Positions 60,498-64,000 of a DNA stretch of 64,000 nucleotides are shown here, in pieces. Location of the stretch: positions 799-64,798 of the forward strand of contig JAFGHI010000063.1 in the NCBI GenBank assembly GCA_016930235.1, read 5' to 3'. The notes under the pieces were generated by a model. The model saw only the letters and a list, made by a program, of their open reading frames with translations. It made no database searches and was not told where the DNA came from. This DNA comes from Candidatus Omnitrophota bacterium. GTDB taxonomy: Bacteria > Omnitrophota > Omnitrophia > Omnitrophales > Aquincolibacteriaceae. The translations under genes and the position numbers were made by a program. Each line of letters starts with the position of its first letter. The first letter of the stretch is position 1.

Positions 60498-61271
60498 ATG
60501 AAAAGATCCCTTTTCCTTATTATCATGTTCTGTTGTGTATGGGGGGGGCAAATTATGCCAGCCGATCCAAGCGTTTTGGATCAGGTTCAGGAAGCCGTGG
60601 AGCTAACGGAGCAAGGGAAATATCTTGAAGCGCAAGGCAAATACGAAGGGATTCTTTGTCAATCTAATCTTACAGAAGATGAGAAAGTTGCTATTCAAAA
60701 GGGCTATGAAGAACTTAATATGAAGTTGATTTTTTCCCGAATTGAAACGCCTAATAGTTTTTTTCATCAAGTTCAACCGGGCGAAAGTTTGTATAAAATC
60801 GCAAAGAAGTATGCCGTAACTATAGATCTTTTGAGAAAAAGCAATTCCCTGACTTCGGATGTCATTCATCCTGAAATGAAGTTAAAAGTTCAAAAAGGGG
60901 TTTTCTCAGTTCAGGTTGATAAATCTGATAATATTTTAATCCTGCTGCTTGATGAGAAACCCATAAAACATTATCCTGTTGCAACCGGAAGAGATAATAG
61001 AACCCCGATAGGGGAGTTTGAAATAAAAAATAAGCTTGTGAATCCTACATGGTTTCATGCCGGAACGGTTGTCCCGCCCGAAAGTCCTGAGAATATCTTA
61101 GGGACGCGTTGGCTTGGGTTTGATTACCAAGGTTACGGGATCCATGGGACGACACAACCCGACTCTATAGGGAAACAGGCGACATCCGGATGTATCCGGA
61201 TGCATAATCATGACGTTGAAGAAATCTATTCTATTTTACCAAGGGGGACAAAAGTCATAATTGCGGACTGA
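60498..61271 (+). CDS. LysM-containing L,D-transpeptidase
   Basis: [14 protein letters not shown] (LysM), YPVATG, GIHGT, SGCIRM. Confidence 0.93.
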   Translation: MKRSLFLIIMFCCVWGGQIMPADPSVLDQVQEAVELTEQGKYLEAQGKYEGILCQSNLTEDEKVAIQKGYEELNMKLIFSRIETPNSFFHQVQPGESLYKIAKKYAVTIDLLRKSNSLTSDVIHPEMKLKVQKGVFSVQVDKSDNILILLLDEKPIKHYPVATGRDNRTPIGEFEIKNKLVNPTWFHAGTVVPPESPENILGTRWLGFDYQGYGIHGTTQPDSIGKQATSGCIRMHNHDVEEIYSILPRGTKVIIAD

Positions 61272-61275
61272 TAAT

Positions 61276-62319
61276 ATGGGTAAAAAAAACAAAAAACAAG
61301 AAAACGGTAACACCGAAATAAAAAGAGAAAAGATACGTTTAGGAGAGCGGGATCTTGCAGATGCTTGTTTGCCTTTCGAAAGACCCATTGTTGAGCTGGA
61401 GAAAAAGATTGATGAGCTGAGAAGTTCAAGTGATAGTGAAATTGATTTGTCCGGTGAAATCAAAAGTGCGGAGAAAAAATTAGAAAAAGCACTGAAAGAT
61501 GTTTTTGATAATTTGACCCCTTGGCAGCGTGTTCAAGTTGCACGCCATCCTTTAAGGCCTTATACATTAGATTATGTTAATTATCTAACCACCGATTTTC
61601 TTGTGCTTCATGGAGACCGTCATTTTAGTGATGATCGTGCGATTATCTGCGGTTTTGGCAGATGGAAAGGGAAGAAACCTGTTTGTATAATCGGGCATCA
61701 AAAAGGACGGGATACAAAGGAGAATCTTCTCCGGAGCTTTGGCAGCGCTCATCCTGAAGGATACCGAAAAGCTATTCGAATTATGCGAATGGCAGAGAAA
61801 TTCGGACACCCCATCATTTGTTTTATAGATACTCCAGGGGCTTACCCTGGTATTGGTGCTGAGGAAAGAGGACAGGCAGAGGCGATTGCCTATAATCTTC
61901 GTGAAATGGCAGAATTAACCGTTCCGATTGTGGCAGTTGTGATTGGTGAAGGAGGAAGCGGTGGGGCCTTAGGCATAGGCGTAGCGGATAAAATACTGAT
62001 CCTTGAAAATGCATATTACTCAGTCATTTCTCCCGAAGGTTGTGCGGCAATCTTATGGAAAGAAAACTCAAGAGCGCCTGATGCCGCAAAAGCTTTAAAA
62101 TTGACAGGAGAAGATCTAAAAGGTCTAGGTATTATTGATGGAATTATTTCTGAACCGTTAGGTGGTGCCCACCGTGATTTTGAAGCGACAGCAGAAAATT
62201 TGGGAGAAGCGATTGATGAAGCTCTTCTAGAGCTTAGTAAGATTTCAAGGAGAGAGTTGCCCCAACGCCGTTATGAGAAATTCCGAAAGATGGGGGTCTA
62301 TCAATCAAAAAAAACGTGA
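61276..62319 (+). CDS. accA: Acetyl-CoA carboxylase carboxyltransferase alpha
   Basis: [49 protein letters not shown]. Confidence 0.98.
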   Translation: MGKKNKKQENGNTEIKREKIRLGERDLADACLPFERPIVELEKKIDELRSSSDSEIDLSGEIKSAEKKLEKALKDVFDNLTPWQRVQVARHPLRPYTLDYVNYLTTDFLVLHGDRHFSDDRAIICGFGRWKGKKPVCIIGHQKGRDTKENLLRSFGSAHPEGYRKAIRIMRMAEKFGHPIICFIDTPGAYPGIGAEERGQAEAIAYNLREMAELTVPIVAVVIGEGGSGGALGIGVADKILILENAYYSVISPEGCAAILWKENSRAPDAAKALKLTGEDLKGLGIIDGIISEPLGGAHRDFEATAENLGEAIDEALLELSKISRRELPQRRYEKFRKMGVYQSKKT

Positions 62320-62511
62320 ATACCTTCTTTTTAACCGCATCAAACGATTGAAAGCTTTTTGCTCTGAGATGATTTCTCTTAAAGTACCCTCAGGAATATC
62401 TAATAGGGCGACTTCTGAAACACGGCGTATATCATGAGGATAACGGCGGGCGAGTTCAGACGTTGATACCCCCTCACTAAACTTAAGCTGAAAAAGCTTT
62501 TGGTAAGTCAC
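62305..62511 (-). CDS. Small hypothetical protein (68 aa)
   Basis: GGAGG RBS before the GTG start; STSELARRY is HTH-like; convergent overlap with accA. Confidence 0.6.
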   Translation of the reverse strand: MTYQKLFQLKFSEGVSTSELARRYPHDIRRVSEVALLDIPEGTLREIISEQKAFNRLMRLKRRYSRFF

Positions 62512-62709
62512 ATTTCCTCCAAATATTTCTCATCGGCGAATCTGATTTCATCTCGCTTGTCGAAAATGAAACCTCGGCTTACGTTGGGATTATCGTCTAA
62601 TCAAGCGGCCAACCTTAAAAAATAACTGGCCAAGATCCCCTATATGTTGTGCCCATCTCGCGAATGACCACAATTGCTAGTTATCGCTAAAAAAAGATTA
62701 AAATTATGC

Positions 62710-62772
62710 TTGACTGATGGAGTCAATATTTATAAAGTGTAATTTATAAAATATAAAGTACAAAGTATAAAC
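62710..62772 (+). promoter_or_regulatory. Promoter with operator-like palindrome and 7-nt direct repeats
   Basis: TTGACT-17-TAAAGT; inverted repeat TTGACTgatggAGTCAA 62710-62726; TA(T/C)AAAN heptads up to the ATG. Confidence 0.6.
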
Positions 62773-63432
62773 ATGAGATACTTAGCCATAATGCTTTTAA
62801 CAATGACTTTAACGGCCTGCCAAACCATGAGAAGCGGAACAATTATCCAAGACAATCCGGCAAGCATCGAAAAAGCAAATCAACATTTTCAAGCGGGAGA
62901 GCTTTATCGGGCAAAAAAGATGGCTCGGTCATTGCTCGATAAGGATCCAACCAATGAAGATGCTCAATCCTTAATGGCAAAGATTATTACGGCAGAGATA
63001 GCTCAACAGAAAGTAGTAAGCAATCACCCAGCCATTGATGATATGGAGGATTCCGAGAGGGCGTTAGTTGTTAAGACATGGTTAGAAAGAAGCCGTTCTT
63101 TGATGGAGATACAACAGTATGAAGAAGCCTTAGCGGCTGCTGAGGAAATTTTTATTTATGATCCCGATTCTCATGAGGCATCCAGGCTTGTCGATGAAAT
63201 TAGAAGAAAAGCCATCAATGAAGGAAAGAGAGACGGAAAGATTGTTTATCAAATGAAACATGAAGAGGTTGTAAAAAGGATTGATCGTTACAGGCAAGAG
63301 GCAGAATCATCGTTTGAGGCCGGTTATTGGCATTCAGCAAAGTTAGCGGTGGAGAAAATTCTTCTACTGATGCCTGGAGATAGCGAAGCTCAAAAGCTGC
63401 ATAAGGAAATCCAGGCCCAAATACAAGGGTAA
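62773..63432 (+). CDS. TPR-like lipoprotein
   Basis: Lipobox LTAC; three TPR-like units (LLDKDPTNEDA, IFIYDPDSHEA, ILLLMPGDSEA). Confidence 0.8.
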   Translation: MRYLAIMLLTMTLTACQTMRSGTIIQDNPASIEKANQHFQAGELYRAKKMARSLLDKDPTNEDAQSLMAKIITAEIAQQKVVSNHPAIDDMEDSERALVVKTWLERSRSLMEIQQYEEALAAAEEIFIYDPDSHEASRLVDEIRRKAINEGKRDGKIVYQMKHEEVVKRIDRYRQEAESSFEAGYWHSAKLAVEKILLLMPGDSEAQKLHKEIQAQIQG

Positions 63433-63438
63433 CAGCCT

Positions 63439-63681
63439 TTGAAGAGAGAAAAACTCTATAAAATTGGCGAAGTAATGCAGTACACAGGTTTATCGCGTCA
63501 AACCGTTCATAACTATACGCTAGCAGGCCTTATCTATGAAGCAAGGCGCACACCTTCAGGGCATCGGCTTTATGATGAATCCGTATTTGATCGTCTGGAG
63601 CAAATTAAGATTTTACAGTCAAAAAATTACACGCTTTTTCAGATCAAGAAAATTCTCGAACAACAAAAGAATAACGCATAA
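63439..63681 (+). CDS. Small MerR-type HTH protein
   Basis: LYKIGEVMQYTGLSRQTVHNY, RTPSGHRLY; no effector domain. Confidence 0.88.
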   Translation: MKREKLYKIGEVMQYTGLSRQTVHNYTLAGLIYEARRTPSGHRLYDESVFDRLEQIKILQSKNYTLFQIKKILEQQKNNA

Positions 63682-63717
63682 CTAATAAGTAAATGTGTCT
63701 TTGAAAGGAGAGCCCCC

Positions 63718-64000
63718 ATGCATGAAGCGGAAATTAAAATGTGGAGAAAATACAAGAGAACGAAAAGTCAAGCGTTGCGCGAAGAGATTGTAAAGAAGTA
63801 CTTGTACCTCGTGAAATACGTAGCAGGGCGCGTTGCGATTGGATTGCCTCCTAATGTTGAATTTAATGATCTCGTGAGTTATGGCATTTTAGGATTGTTT
63901 GATGCGATCAATAAATATGATGTTTCGCAAGGGAATAAGTTTGAGACATATGCTGTTGCAAGAATTCGTGGATCCATTATGGATGAACTTAGGAAGCTTG
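63718..64000 (+). CDS. FliA/WhiG-family (sigma-28) factor, partial
   Basis: Manual translation: MHEAEIKMWRKYK...YLYLVKYVAGRVAIGLPPNVEFNDLVSYGILGLFDAINKYD...KFETYAVARIRGSIMDELRKL; AAGGAG RBS. Confidence 0.92.
   Translation, partial: MHEAEIKMWRKYKRTKSQALREEIVKKYLYLVKYVAGRVAIGLPPNVEFNDLVSYGILGLFDAINKYDVSQGNKFETYAVARIRGSIMDELRKL

Noticed and set aside
62731-62772. Heptad repeats considered as CRISPR or iterons
   Set aside because: Too short and AT-rich, with no spacers and no cas or rep gene; treated as a promoter feature

Overview
This window is the replication-origin region of a bacterial chromosome of moderate GC. The gene repertoire suggests a diderm, possibly PVC/Omnitrophota-like organism, but that placement is inference only. 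From left to right it holds: partial dnaN and dnaA with a bipartite oriC (DnaA boxes, DnaA-trio-like tract); rpmH-rnpA-yidC-mnmG; two perfect parS sites and parAB; a beta-glucan locus (SBP, GH94, secreted Cgs/GH144-like enzyme, ROK regulator); tatC; a sulfate-activation/cysteine/biotin run (cysC, PHP, sat, cysK, bioB, fabG-like, fabF-like, bioF, then bioA, bioD); mnmA; a five-gene Rnf-like cluster; pilT; a probable 6S RNA; and housekeeping genes from polA to yraN. An accessory block follows, with a nucleotide translocase, an Omp85 barrel, a secreted kinase-like protein, a methyltransferase, an MshEN protein and a radical SAM enzyme. The window ends with comM, an L,D-transpeptidase, accA, a small MerR-type HTH and a partial sigma-28. 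The strongest novelty candidates are (1) an NTT/Omp85/secreted kinase-like trio that could form an extracytoplasmic ATP-supply and phosphorylation system, (2) an intact Rnf-like complex that has systematically lost its flavin and NADH motifs, and (3) dedicated FabG/FabF paralogues inside the biotin operon. No tRNA, rRNA, CRISPR array or transposase was recognised. All calls come from reading motifs by eye; no database search was run.
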